Origin: the human T2T-CHM13v2.0 reference genome, Homo sapiens
NCBI RefSeq assembly: GCF_009914755.1
Contig: NC_060931.1
Strand: one strand, 5' to 3'
DNA: 64,000 bases
The notes under the pieces are model-generated. The model was not told the DNA's origin. It saw only the letters and a list, made by a program, of their open reading frames with translations, and ran no database searches. Positions 29,171 through 40,940 of the stretch are shown one piece after another (position 1 is the stretch's first letter; the number at the start of each line of letters is the position of its first letter). Both the position numbers and the translations under genes were made by a program.

Positions 29171-30465
29171 TGATACAGAAAGAAAACTAAGAAATTGCAA
29201 TAGTTTTTGCAAATCCGTCTGGTTTAAAAATCTGAGAGCTTAACTTTTTATTAGTAACACATTGACAATCAACATCCAACTCTTGAAGCTATAAGACTTG
29301 GCTACAAAGTCAGAAAAGGTGATGCAAGACATAGCCAGGAAACATTCCTCAAGCATTTCAGAGGGTTTCTCTGGCCCAACTTTCTGAAACCCAGGTTGAA
29401 ATCATGAAGAAGTAGACCATGCATTTAAATTGCTTCCTTCAATAAGGTATTAAATGCTAATTTTTAACCCCATAATATTCTTGATCATCAAACATAACTT
29501 TATTTTTTCACAAGAGTGAAGATTTTTTGATGAGGAATTATTTTAAAAGTCAACCAATGAAGGACATTAAAAAATAGACAAAACAAAAGAACAAGGTTGT
29601 GTGTATTTCTGTCTGACTGAAACTTAGAGTCCTGGTATGTATTGTGTCTAGTCATGAGTCAATTTTCACTTACATTCTTCTTCTTTCTCTATTTTAACCT
29701 GATTTATGGTATATCAAGATATTTATCATAAAATAACATGTTCTACAAAGGAAGTGGGAAATAATTCTCTCATATTATTAATTGTTATGAAAAGAGTGAA
29801 GGCTAAAATGATTTTTGACACAGGATTTAGTCGCAGTTTATTGCTAAGTTATTATTAGAATAGTCCATTGAATCAGAGCGAGTCACAGGATGAAGATAGA
29901 TCCTTTGGGAAATCTAGATAAAGTGGAAAAACTTGATTAGAAAATGAAGTAGGTAGAAAGACCAAGTGAAAACATAAGACAGGGAATCTAAGAAGAGTTT
30001 TTTATTGAAGCTAGACATATTTCTGTGCTCGATTTTTATATACTGAAAAGCAAGAACAATGGGGCAAATCATAACATCTAAGGAAGTTTCCTTTGTATTT
30101 ATAGCTTTCTTCTCCTAGAGTTTTTGTGATGGCCTGAAGCTGGTATATTTACAATTCCTAAAATAGAATAATACTCTGCTTAAGCCAATCAAATTGCCAT
30201 GCCATAGCTTCTGGCATTAGTTTAGCCTAATCATTCTCAATCAGGTTATACACTTCAATCACTTCTTTTTAATCCAGAGCTTCTACAAAATGTGGAGTTC
30301 TGAGTCTAGTAACCCAGAGTATGCAGGTTACAAGTCTCTGGATTTTTGAATATATAGGCACCTTGAATGAGAAGGTTTGAGGGGCAGAGACAATGTATGT
30401 GTAGGTTAAAATATTCCACAGAAGATAATGACCCCTTATGGTAACATTCAATGTGTTTATAGCAT

Positions 30466-30953
30466 ATGTGGTACATTGATTTCTTTATTGTCCTTTATCT
30501 ATTCCTCTCCCTGTATTCGTGCTCTTTGACCTAAAACCTTGTGGTATCCTCCCACTCTAACTCTGGATCTGGCTCGGTGACTTGCTTTGGTCAGTGGAGT
30601 GTCTGTTCAAAAGCAGAGGCTTAAAAAATATTTTCAAGCTTTCATTTGTGCCCTTGTATCTGTCATTGACATGAGAATAGACTAAGGCTAGCCAATTAAA
30701 GACAAGTGGAGCAGAAACAATTAAAGACATGTGGGCAGAACTAGTTGCCTCAGTCTTTCCACAGCCAGTCCGCATCAGCCTACAGCTGGCTGATAGATTC
30801 TCAGCCCTGTGAGTGAGTCCAGCCAAAACGATCTAGCCCAGTTTAAGTCACTGAACTGAGGGCTCGTGTGTTAATAAATGGCCATTGTTTAAAGCCATTG
30901 AGCTATCAGCTGTTTTGTTCTGCAGCATTACAGTGTCAAAAGAAAATTGATAC
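30466..30953 (+). mobile_element. MLT1 (G/H/I-type) MaLR solo LTR
   Basis: TGTGGTA start, GTGACTTGCTTTGGTCAGTGGA, AATAAATGGCCATTGTTTAAAGCCATTGAG, ending TGATACA. Confidence 0.8.
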
Positions 30954-31128
30954 ACTACTTTCAGCAATAAGTTATTTAGGCTGATTCCGATTTATGGTTC
31001 CAATTACAATTCTTTAGAAAATTCCTTAGAAAACCCAAATACAATTCTTTAGAAAATCCACCACTTCCAGCAATAAGTTACGTAGGCTGATTTCGATTTA
31101 TGGTTCCAATTACAATTCTTTAGAAAAT
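30953..31128. repeat. About 70-bp duplication with a 36-bp templated spacer
   Basis: CAGCAATAAGTTA..TAGGCTGATT.CGATTTATGGTTCCAATTACAATTCTTTAGAAAAT at 30962 and 31068. Confidence 0.92.
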
Positions 31129-31326
31129 CTAATGCAACACAGTAATTCCAAGTTGGTAATTTTGGTCATTTGAACCACCAAATGTAATTAGCACATCATA
31201 CATATAGTAAAAAACTTTAATTCATTGTTATTTCCTCATAAATGTCACAGTAATATCCATTGAACCTAGCAAATTCTGTATCTAAAAACAAACTAAATAA
31301 TAATGGAGCAAATGATGTGTACATAT

Positions 31327-31936
<610 letters not shown>

Positions 31937-32449
31937 AGATGTGTACACATCTTAAGAATTGTTTTATGCATTGACACTATCACATAAACAAACAAACATT
32001 GTTTAGGCAGCAAGATGGTTCACACCTGTATGAATTATAATATATGTTTATGCCACCTATATTATATTTACTACATACATAGTAATCAAATTAACAGTTT
32101 ATATAGGAAAAATAGTTATCACATCTCTCGATTGTAAAAAAAAATACAGAGCATATCTCCATTTAATATCATGCTAATTGATCACAAATTATATTCCATG
32201 TTTTTATAATTAATATGCCATGAATCTTTTGAATATAATTAAATATTTCTTTTCTCAACAGTATTTTAATAACTGATATATTACTATATATAAAGGAGAT
32301 CTCTATAGAGAGATGATATATGTAGAACATATATAGAACGAAGATATATCATGTACATAGACACATTATGACATGTATAAAAAGAGAAAAATCTAAAGTA
32401 CGGCCAGACACATTCCATGTTTAGATAAGAAGGTAAAATCAGAAACAGG

Positions 32450-32565
32450 AATCAGCAAAAAGGAAACTGAAAAGGAAGTCAGAGAAATAAGAAAACCAGG
32501 AAAATGTTGTGTCTTGTAAATTAGAGAAGTCAGTGTTCCAAAAAAGAGACAGTGATCAACTATTA
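32450..32565 (-). mobile_element. L2 fragment
   Basis: GAAACTGAAAAGGAAGTCAGAG..GAAAACCAGGAAAATGTTGTGTC..CAGTGATCAAC, purine-rich L2 antisense pattern. Confidence 0.6.
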
Positions 32566-35500
32566 GTATGTCAGTTGCTGCTGGAAGCCATTAACCTTCA
32601 TGTGAGCCATGTCCAGAAAGAGGCGGTACCCATGTCTCTACCTTGGGAAACATAAAACATGGAAGTCATGTGACGGGCTGAGGTTCCCGAGGAGAGCAAA
32701 ACACTAAGCTTAGTGAGCTCAGTGGAACAGACACAAACTTGTCATGGGTAAACTGAATGATAATCACTCACATGTGGATTTCAAATGTTTTGACAGTCCA
32801 AAAAGCTAGAAAGACTGGAGATAGCAGGATGCATAGACAATGACGAAGTAAGGGAAGAAAAGACGCTAATAAATATCAAAAACCCCACTCTGTTTTCCAA
32901 TTTAAAGATTTTATGTGTTCATTACATAATGTGCCATGTTATAGTCGTGGGAAGTAGGGGAGAGATTTAGGGGTGATTAAGATCTTGAAAACTTGCACAG
33001 AAGTTTTGTTTTTCTGCATAAAATTTTAAAATAAAATTTGCCTCCATAGATTTTTTTCCTCGTATAGCAAAAGCGAATATAAAATTTGAATTTAGGGAGC
33101 TAACCATGCTACTACAAAAGGTAGAGTTCTGAGTCTAGTAACCCAGAGTATGGAGGAAGTAGAATATTTCATGGAGAATATATGTGGCAGCAAGGGAAGA
33201 CAGATGATGGAAATGGCGAAAACATGCTTTACAAAGAATGGAAAATTCAAGTACAGCTACCTAGAATGCACTTGACTACAGAAATTACGAACCCCTTGAT
33301 GGAAACTTGGTTTCCTGAGTTTTGTATTTCATACCTTTCCAATGCACCCTTCAGTTGTATAACTTTTCTTGACAATAGTAATACTTAAACACTCTTGTAT
33401 TTAAAGGCCTAAGTGATTTCAGCTTTTTCTTATAGTAATGCAAGAAATAAAAATAAAATAAAGAAAAAAAGGAGAAGAAAAGGAAAAGAAAGCAATAGGA
33501 TATTTTATAATTGGGCCTAAGTGCTAGTAAAGTGTTTACTAAAATGTAATATAGATTTTTCATTTAAAAGTTTTCCTATACTAATGCACACTGTTGTAAT
33601 GCTGACAGATTCTGGGAATACCATCAATGTTAGCAGATGTCAGAAAAAATAATTGAAACTTCAACTGAGGAGTTAATTATCTTAGATCAAAGAGGTCACT
33701 TTGCTATGGTACAAATAGACAGTGTCTTAGGAGATTTTTTGGGGGAGTATCTCAGAATTCTATCAGAATAATGAAGTCATTTTTCTTTTTTGGCAAGGTT
33801 AATGAAGGTTTTGTTTGTTTGTTTGTTTTGCTTTTTTAAGACCAACTGCTATTTTTATTACACTTAGACTGAAACAGCTCAAATATTAGGAATTGGATTT
33901 ACTTGCAGGCATTGAGTATATCATGCTTTATTTTATTTCAGGATTGTCTCCTCAGGGCTAGACATTTTAGTCATCAACCACCTTAGCAAACAGAGGCAGG
34001 AAGGTTAAAAGGCAGCAGCAAAAGGATAATGTAGAATGAAGTGTAAAAACAAATTGCGGCAGAACAATTATACCCAAGTTAGCAGGCTCATGGTCAGAAG
34101 ACCATTTGTTTTGCACATAACTGCTTATTCAAAAAACGATGTATAAGAGTAGGCAGATATGGGGAAAAAACTACTGGTAACTCTCTCTCACAGTCAATGA
34201 TGATGGAATTTAGGAAAACAAGTATTGTTTTCATCTATGCATATGCTTCTCAGTAATTAATTCCTATAAAAATCCCCCCCACCACCTCTCTTATTGCGGT
34301 ACCTGCCCTAGTGTCCTGATAACAGATCTTCTCTAAATTTTAAAATTCTCTTTCACTCTCCCTTTTTAATTTTGATTTCTTTTTCTTTATTCTTTTAAAT
34401 GTTCATTTCAGGGTTAGTAAATTACAGTGTTTCAAATAACTATTTATATTTGTGGGCAAACAGAGTATGCAATCATGGGCTAATGTAAGTAATTTTAATA
34501 GGCAGGTTGAATTATCACAGTGCAAACTTGTCATTTTTTAATAAAATCCATTGATTCAAGGCATTTGAAGTTTCTAAACTGGCTGGGCTGCTGTCACTTT
34601 GTTCATGATATACAGAAATACTCAAAAGTTCCCATGTGACCATGAATATTTTCTTAGATCCACTGGGGTCATAGACAGACATGATTTTCATGGTTTACTT
34701 AATTTCTCTTCTAAGATTATTGGAGATTCTTGTAGTCTACTCTCTTTTATGTAATTGCTTTGTTCAAATCCTAAAGGAATAGAGCCATAGCAGAAACTAA
34801 TTTAGGGTCCAGGATCAGGGTGAAATAAAAAAGTCTTTGGGACTCGAGAATGCTGGCTTAAATTCTACAGATTTTTATGATCTGGATGATAAAAATCTTA
34901 CTTTTTAGTGGAAAATAATGATGTACTGCATTTTTCATATGGCTGGATAAAGATTCTTTTATCTTGAAAATAATTTAAGGGAAAGAAAAATAAGGTACAT
35001 TATCTTTGAAAAGCTATAGAAAGCTCTTGAACAAAAAGCAAAAAGTAAAGGAATGCTCAACTATTACTTTTATAAATGTTCTTAAATTAATATTATGCTT
35101 TGTAGATGTTTGAACAATGTATTAATTAAAAACCTGTATTTTTCTAGCTTTATTACTCTCAAGTTAGTTGGTCTCAGAAAATTTATCTGGTCATTTTTTT
35201 TATCTTGAATGTGAGAAATATATTATTAGTCCTTGTATTAAGCTGTTTAAATGAAAAACTATACCAAAATTTAATGCCTCCGTTACATATATAATTACAA
35301 AGAGAGCTATTTTGTGCTATTGGGGTCATAAAAGCTTCTTGTGCATATATTATAAAAACATGAAAATAGTTAAGGAAGTTATGAATATGGTTCCTTGAGC
35401 CTTTTATCATATGAGCAAGTAATATCATGCTGTCAGTATTTTAACCAATTTTATTTGCTCTTTTTTTTTTTTTGCCATCTATTCTGAGAAAGTGCCACTT

Positions 35501-37068
35501 ATACCTACACTGGAGGGAGGTAAGTCCAGTGGATATATGGGGAAAAGAGCTTTTTAGGGAGGGGGAACAATTAGAGCTAAAACTGCAAATGAGAGCATGT
35601 TGGGTCTCTTTCAGGAACATCAAGGAAGCAACTACTGTAACAAGTGGAAGAGGAAGAGATAAGCAGAAGGTGAAAGAGGCTAGGGAGGACCCGATCATAT
35701 AGTGCCTCATAGGCTTTTGTAAGGACATTACTGTTTAAGAATGAGATGATATCCCCTAGTGGGGTTGGAGGAGAAGAGTGACATGGTCTGGTGTACATTT
35801 TACAGGTATCAAGTTGGCTGTTGTGTTGAAAATAGATGGTGGAGGACAAAAATACATCAGGAAGACCTGTTAAGGGTTTATAGTGACAAGTCAAGTAAGA
35901 GATGGTTGCTTGCAGGACGCTGGTCACTGGGGATGGGGTTGTCATCAACTGAGATACAGAAGGGTTGGAGGAGAAGATCATTAGTTCATCTGAAAACATG
36001 TTATGTATGTGATGATTATTAGTCATCCAAGTTAAATAGACAATATATATATAAATCATATATGCATATATTATATATAAATCTGTAGTCCAGGACAGAA
36101 ATACAGGCTAGAGATACACATTTAAAGTTTCAAAAAGTATAAATTCAAAGCCACAGGAATGAACGAGGTCATAGAGTTAGTATCTGCAGGTAGAAAATAA
36201 AAATATCCAATTGCATATCCTTGGAATACTGCAACATTAAATGGTCATGGAGAATAGAAAGAACTAGAAAGCAGACTGAGAAAAAGTGGAGGGTTAGGCT
36301 GGAGGGGAGAAAGGAAGAATGCATGATTAAATATGATTAATTAGTGAAATACATACCTTTTAAAGGCAAAGATTTCTACCTGACTTTTTTCATTTTTGGC
36401 TAATGTTTTAAACAGTGCCCACATACATAAGTACTTAGTAAGTAATTGTTTAATGAAAATGTTACTAATAGGTAAAAGAAAATGAAAACTGAGAACCAGT
36501 CACTGGATTTTGCGATGTGTATGTCGTTTGTAGACTGATGAGAATGCATTAGAAGGAGAATGACAGGAAATAAATTGAGAACAGTAAGTGTAGAAAATAC
36601 TTTTGGGTTTTACTGAAGAAGCTAGAGAGGGAGATGTTATCAGGAGAAGATTTTACTTAAAAAGAGAAGATATAAAAGCATGTCTGTATCTTCATGATAA
36701 CAATATAACAAAAAGAGAAATCAGGAAATTGATGATTCAAGAGAGAGAAGTGAATTGTTAAATTGATGTCCTTTAGTAGATGAGAAGTTATAAGAGCTGA
36801 TTCTCATGTGAAAAATCTAATGCATGTATATAATAATGTCTATAGTATCAAGGGAGAAGGCAACATTTTTCAGCTTAGGTTTACTTATGTAGGTAGGTAG
36901 CACACATACTACCTACCTACATATATGATGTGAGCATTAAGGCGTATCTATATACTGTTCCAGTTTTCTTGCAGTGGGAAGCAATCTCACCAACCAAAAG
37001 TGAGGACGGGGGAGAACATGTTAGATGTAAGAGGAATGGGTGAAAGGTAACGGCATAGTCATCTAGAA

Positions 37069-37291
37069 CAACAATCAGAAAACTTATTTTATAAAGGACC
37101 AGAGAGTAAATATGTTAAACTTTGGGAGCCATATGATCTCTGTGCAACTACTCAACTCTGTCATTATAACATGAAAGTAGCAATAGACAATATGTAAATG
37201 AATGAACATAATTGTGTTCTAACAAAACTTTACTTTGAAAAGCAAGCAGCGGGCTGAATTTGGCCTATGGGACATACCTTGTTAACCCTTG
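37069..37291 (+). mobile_element. MER58A hAT-Charlie MITE
   Basis: TAAAGGACCAGAGAGTAAATAT..GCAACTACTCAACTCTG..ATAGACAATATGTAAATGAATG..AACCCTTG; NTCTA-type target flanks. Confidence 0.88.
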
Positions 37292-37890
37292 TTCTAAAGA
37301 TGAGAAAGTAAACGGGCAAATAAAATACAGTATGATCACTTTGCAGCTTCTACATCTAATTTTAGCTTCATTAGTGCACATGCAAGTAAGGGCAACCAAG
37401 GTTGTGACTGTCCCAAGTAAAGAGGACAAAGTTTGAGTAGGCAAAATGAGTTAAGGGTATATGCAAGGGGGAGTATATGATGATTGGCTGAGTAATTTGA
37501 ATAGAGAAAAATGTGAACATGAAGGGATGTGACAAATGGTTAAAAAGTGATGGAATCGGTGAATTGTAGATTTCAGTATATTTGTGAGATCATCAGTGGT
37601 AAGAAACTGTGAGTGGGCTACAAAGATAAGACAAGGCACTTGGATTCCTGGTGGCATGCGATTGATATCGTGGAGAGGTGGAGTTAGTGTTAAGGGCAAA
37701 ATATAGAAAATGCCACCATGATGTGGCAAGGTGGAGGACAGGATCACTGGAGAATAAGATATCAGAGACAGGAGAGGCCACATTTTAAAGGATTAGCGGG
37801 CAAAAGAACAAAAGTTATCCAGGAGTCAAAATGTTCAGGAAATGAAGAGAAATGATGTAAGTAAATGTGTGGTAAGTAAATGACAGCAGT

Positions 37891-38043
37891 AAGGAGTATT
37901 ACAGTATGTACATATGAGGAGTATTACAGTATGTACATATGAGGAGTATTACAGTATGTACATATGAGGAGTATTACAGTATGTACATATGAGGAGTATT
38001 ACAGTATGCACATATGAGGAGTATTACAGTATGCATATATGAG
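37891..38043. repeat. Minisatellite, 6 copies of 25 bp
   Basis: GAGGAGTATTACAGTATGTACATAT; copies 2-4 identical, copies 1, 5 and 6 with 1-2 changes. Confidence 0.97.
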
Positions 38044-38666
38044 ATCCACAGTTTGGGTTTCTAAGTTGGAAGGAGGGAGAATATTTTGGATGTGGTAATG
38101 AGGATTAAGGAAAACAACTACCTCACTTGAATGCCCTGGCCTATGATGAGTGTATGAGACAGGATAAATACCACTGGGATGGCTGCAGGGGAAGCTGTGG
38201 AAGACAGCCATATACCAGTTAAAACAGGAAGTTAAAATAAAAACTCAATAAGAAGTGTCCGATAGGGAGGATTTTGGTAATATCCAACACAAGGAAACTG
38301 TTGGAGCTTATCAGACGTTAGTGATGGATGGGAGATAAAGGAATGAACAGATTCCTGATTTGGAGCAAGGAAATGATGTATGGACTGGAAGATTGAGCTT
38401 TTGAAACTGATTAACAAAAACAAGAAATAATAATATGATGAAATAAGAAATAATGGCTTGAAGGCAGATTAAGGTGGTAAGTGGGAAGCATTGAGGGAAG
38501 GAAAGAAAAAGAGAAGAAACATTTGTCATGAACTTGAACAAGTTATGAGGCCGATCACTTGACTCTAAGGTGAGAAAGTCAAAAGAGAGGTGGTCGTACT
38601 CCAAATACACAGTGCTCTTTGGATTCCAGCTGATTGAGATGGGAAAGACACGAGACGGGTGGTTGG

Positions 38667-38964
38667 TTTTGTTTTTTTTTTTTTTGAGAAGGAGCCTCGT
38701 TCTTTCGCCCAGGCTGGTGTGCAGTGGTGCGATCTTGGCTCACTGCAACCTCTGCCTCCCGGGTTCAAGCGAGTCTCTGCCTCAGCCTCCCGAGCAGCTG
38801 GGATTACAGGCGCCTGCCACCACACCCGGCTGATTTTTGTATTTTTAGTAGAGACAGGGCTTCACCATCTTGGCTGTGCTGGTCTCAAACTCCTGACCTC
38901 ACGATCCACCCGCCTCAGCCTCCCAAAGTGCTGGGATTACAGGCGTGAGCCACCGCGCCCGGCC
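38667..38964 (-). mobile_element. AluS-type, full length
   Basis: GCAACCTCTGCCTCCCGGGTTCAAGCG; TSD-like GA(C/T)GGGTGGTT. Confidence 0.93.
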
Positions 38965-39467
38965 TGATGGGTGGTTTTATTGTGAATGCTCAAACCATGT
39001 CTTGACCTATTCTTCTGGAAATACCGAGGCCTATGAAAGGCTTTATTCACACAAGTGAGTGAGAGTCCCACATGAGCAACTTTCATAGATGCGAGTGGAA
39101 ATATAAACCAGTCAATATTTTTATAGGTGAAATCTCTGTTGCCTGATTGCAGACCATTTAGAGAAAGCACTTGTATGGAATTTCTTGTTCTCTTTGATGA
39201 CCCACTAATCAGCCAACTGTGCTGAGATTCTCCGTCCTCAGAGAAAAGTGTCTGCATTATAACTTATTCTGGATAATGCTATGATATGGCACTATGAGAT
39301 GGCAATATTTATCTGAAAAAAAAAAGAAAAACAATGACTTTACCAGTTCTAACCCAGTGCTGTGGTCTTCTAAGAAAAGTCAACTGTTTCATTGCTATAC
39401 TATCCTGTTATATTTTAAAACTCCTTTACTGCAGACCGTGCAGTATCTAATATATTAAGAACACACT

Positions 39468-39645
39468 TACTCAAGAGGCTGAGATGGGAGAAGGGAGAAT
39501 CACTTGAACCTGGAAGGCAGAGGTTGCAGTGAGTCAAGATTGCACCACTGCACTACAACCTGGATGACAGATTGAGACCCTGTTCCCCACCCCCTCCAAA
39601 AAAAAGAAAAGAAAAGAAGAAGAAGAAGAAGAAGAAGAAGAAGAA

Positions 39646-39677
<32 letters not shown>

Positions 39678-39685
39678 AGAAAAAG
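39468..39685 (+). mobile_element. 5'-truncated Alu right arm with a GAA-expanded tail
   Basis: TACTCAAGAGGCTGAG..GAGGTTGCAGTGAG..GAGACCCTG; TSD-like AAGAACA(C/T)A(C/T)T. Confidence 0.88.
39616..39681. repeat. (GAA)17 GAG (GAA)4 microsatellite
   Basis: Counted directly. Confidence 0.97.
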
Positions 39686-39922
39686 AACATATTCATCTAA
39701 ACTAAAGCCAGATTAATGAGGATATAAGGGAAATTTGAGATTCTTAATTTCCAAGACAACAGTATGTTTCTTACTTTTTAAATGGGCAATAATCAGAGGA
39801 TAAATTTTACATTTGGATGATATCATGCACCTATGACTACTATCAAAAAGTAAGGGTCAAACAGTAACTGGAAAGCGCCCCCCGCCTCCACTATTATAGC
39901 ACCATGGACAGTGACTCACCAA

Positions 39923-39953
39923 CCCCCCCCCCCCCCCCGCCCCCCCCCGCCCC
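39923..39953. repeat. Poly-C tract C16-G-C9-G-C4 (G4-capable on the minus strand)
   Basis: Read directly. Confidence 0.93.
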
Positions 39954-40089
39954 AATAGTTAAGCCCAGTTCATCAGTTAATCTGGAAAGCTCATAAACAC
40001 CACAGGTTTTATAAAGATGGGTCAACTACATAACAACACTTTTCAGGTGATAATTAAAATCAGATATTGACTTAGTTTCTAGGCTTTAG

Positions 40090-40305
40090 GAAAAGCATAG
40101 TATAATGGAAAGAAAATTGAACTAGGAATAAAGACACATGTTTTAAATACAGCTCTAAATAAAGCTTTCGTAAATACAGAGATCTAGGCTGCCTTTAGTA
40201 AGCTAATTAATATTTCTGGAGTTCAGCGTATTGTTTGTAAAATGTTGACGGGAAAATAAAATGGGGGTAAAGTTATCAGAGGTCCTCTTTTGCTTTAAAT
40301 TTCGA
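40090..40305 (+). mobile_element. Diverged MIR
   Basis: GCATAGTATAATGGAAAGA..TGTAAAATG..GAGGTCCTCTTTTGCTTTAAATTTC. Confidence 0.5.
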
Positions 40306-40429
40306 CAATGTTGGCTAAAAGTCATCCCACAAATTTAGATGAACCCAGTCATACCAGTACCTGGGCCACTAACACATGCTCAATGCTCTGAAATTCATCT
40401 CAGATAGAAATAATATTTTATAAAATAGG

Positions 40430-40940
40430 CACTTCCATGCCTTAAATAACAAGTATCATCCCTTACACAAGAGAAGAGCCAAACAAAATGACTAGACAAT
40501 ATATAAATTTAACATTGCTTATAAAATGATCAGAGGCATTAATTTAGTGTACAAATTACATCACAATGACTCACGTTCTTTCTATGATTTTCTCTGCCTA
40601 CATGTGTGTTGGCTAATTATCTTATGCTCACTCTACTTATGTTCCCAAAATGACTGCCAAAATTTCAAGTGTAAAAAAAAAATCCAACAAAGAGAAGACT
40701 TTTTGTTTTTCCTCATCTTTTACTTGTTATCAGTGAGAATAATGTAGTCTTTTCCAAAATCCCCCTGTAGATTTTTCCTCATCTTTCAGTCATTGGCATA
40801 ATGACTGAAATTGCCATCATAGGTTTAGCTGAGCAAAATTATGTCTCTGGTATATAAATTTTGAAATATAATCTTTAGTATATGGGTATCCTAAGCAGGA
40901 CTAATGTTCTGGCAACAAAAAAAGGAGAAATGGCTGTCAG
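40430..40940 (-). mobile_element. Possible old MLT1 (K/L-type) LTR
   Basis: TCCCAAAATGACTGCC, TTTTCCAAAATCCCCCTGTAGATTTTTCCTCA..TCATTGGC, GTTCTG..AAAGGAGAAATGGCTG. Confidence 0.45.

Larger units (their letters stand above)
35484..38640 (-). mobile_element. Long, decayed L2 interrupted by MER58 and a minisatellite
   Basis: GGATATATGGGGAAAAGAGC..TTCAGGAACATCAAGGAAGC..GAGAAGAGTGACATGGTCTG..GAAAACTGAGAACCAGTCACTGGATTTTGC; the part beyond about 36900 is less certain. Confidence 0.7.

Noticed and set aside
37891-38043. CRISPR-like array
   Set aside because: The 25-bp units are directly adjacent with no unique spacers, there are no cas genes, and the DNA is primate.
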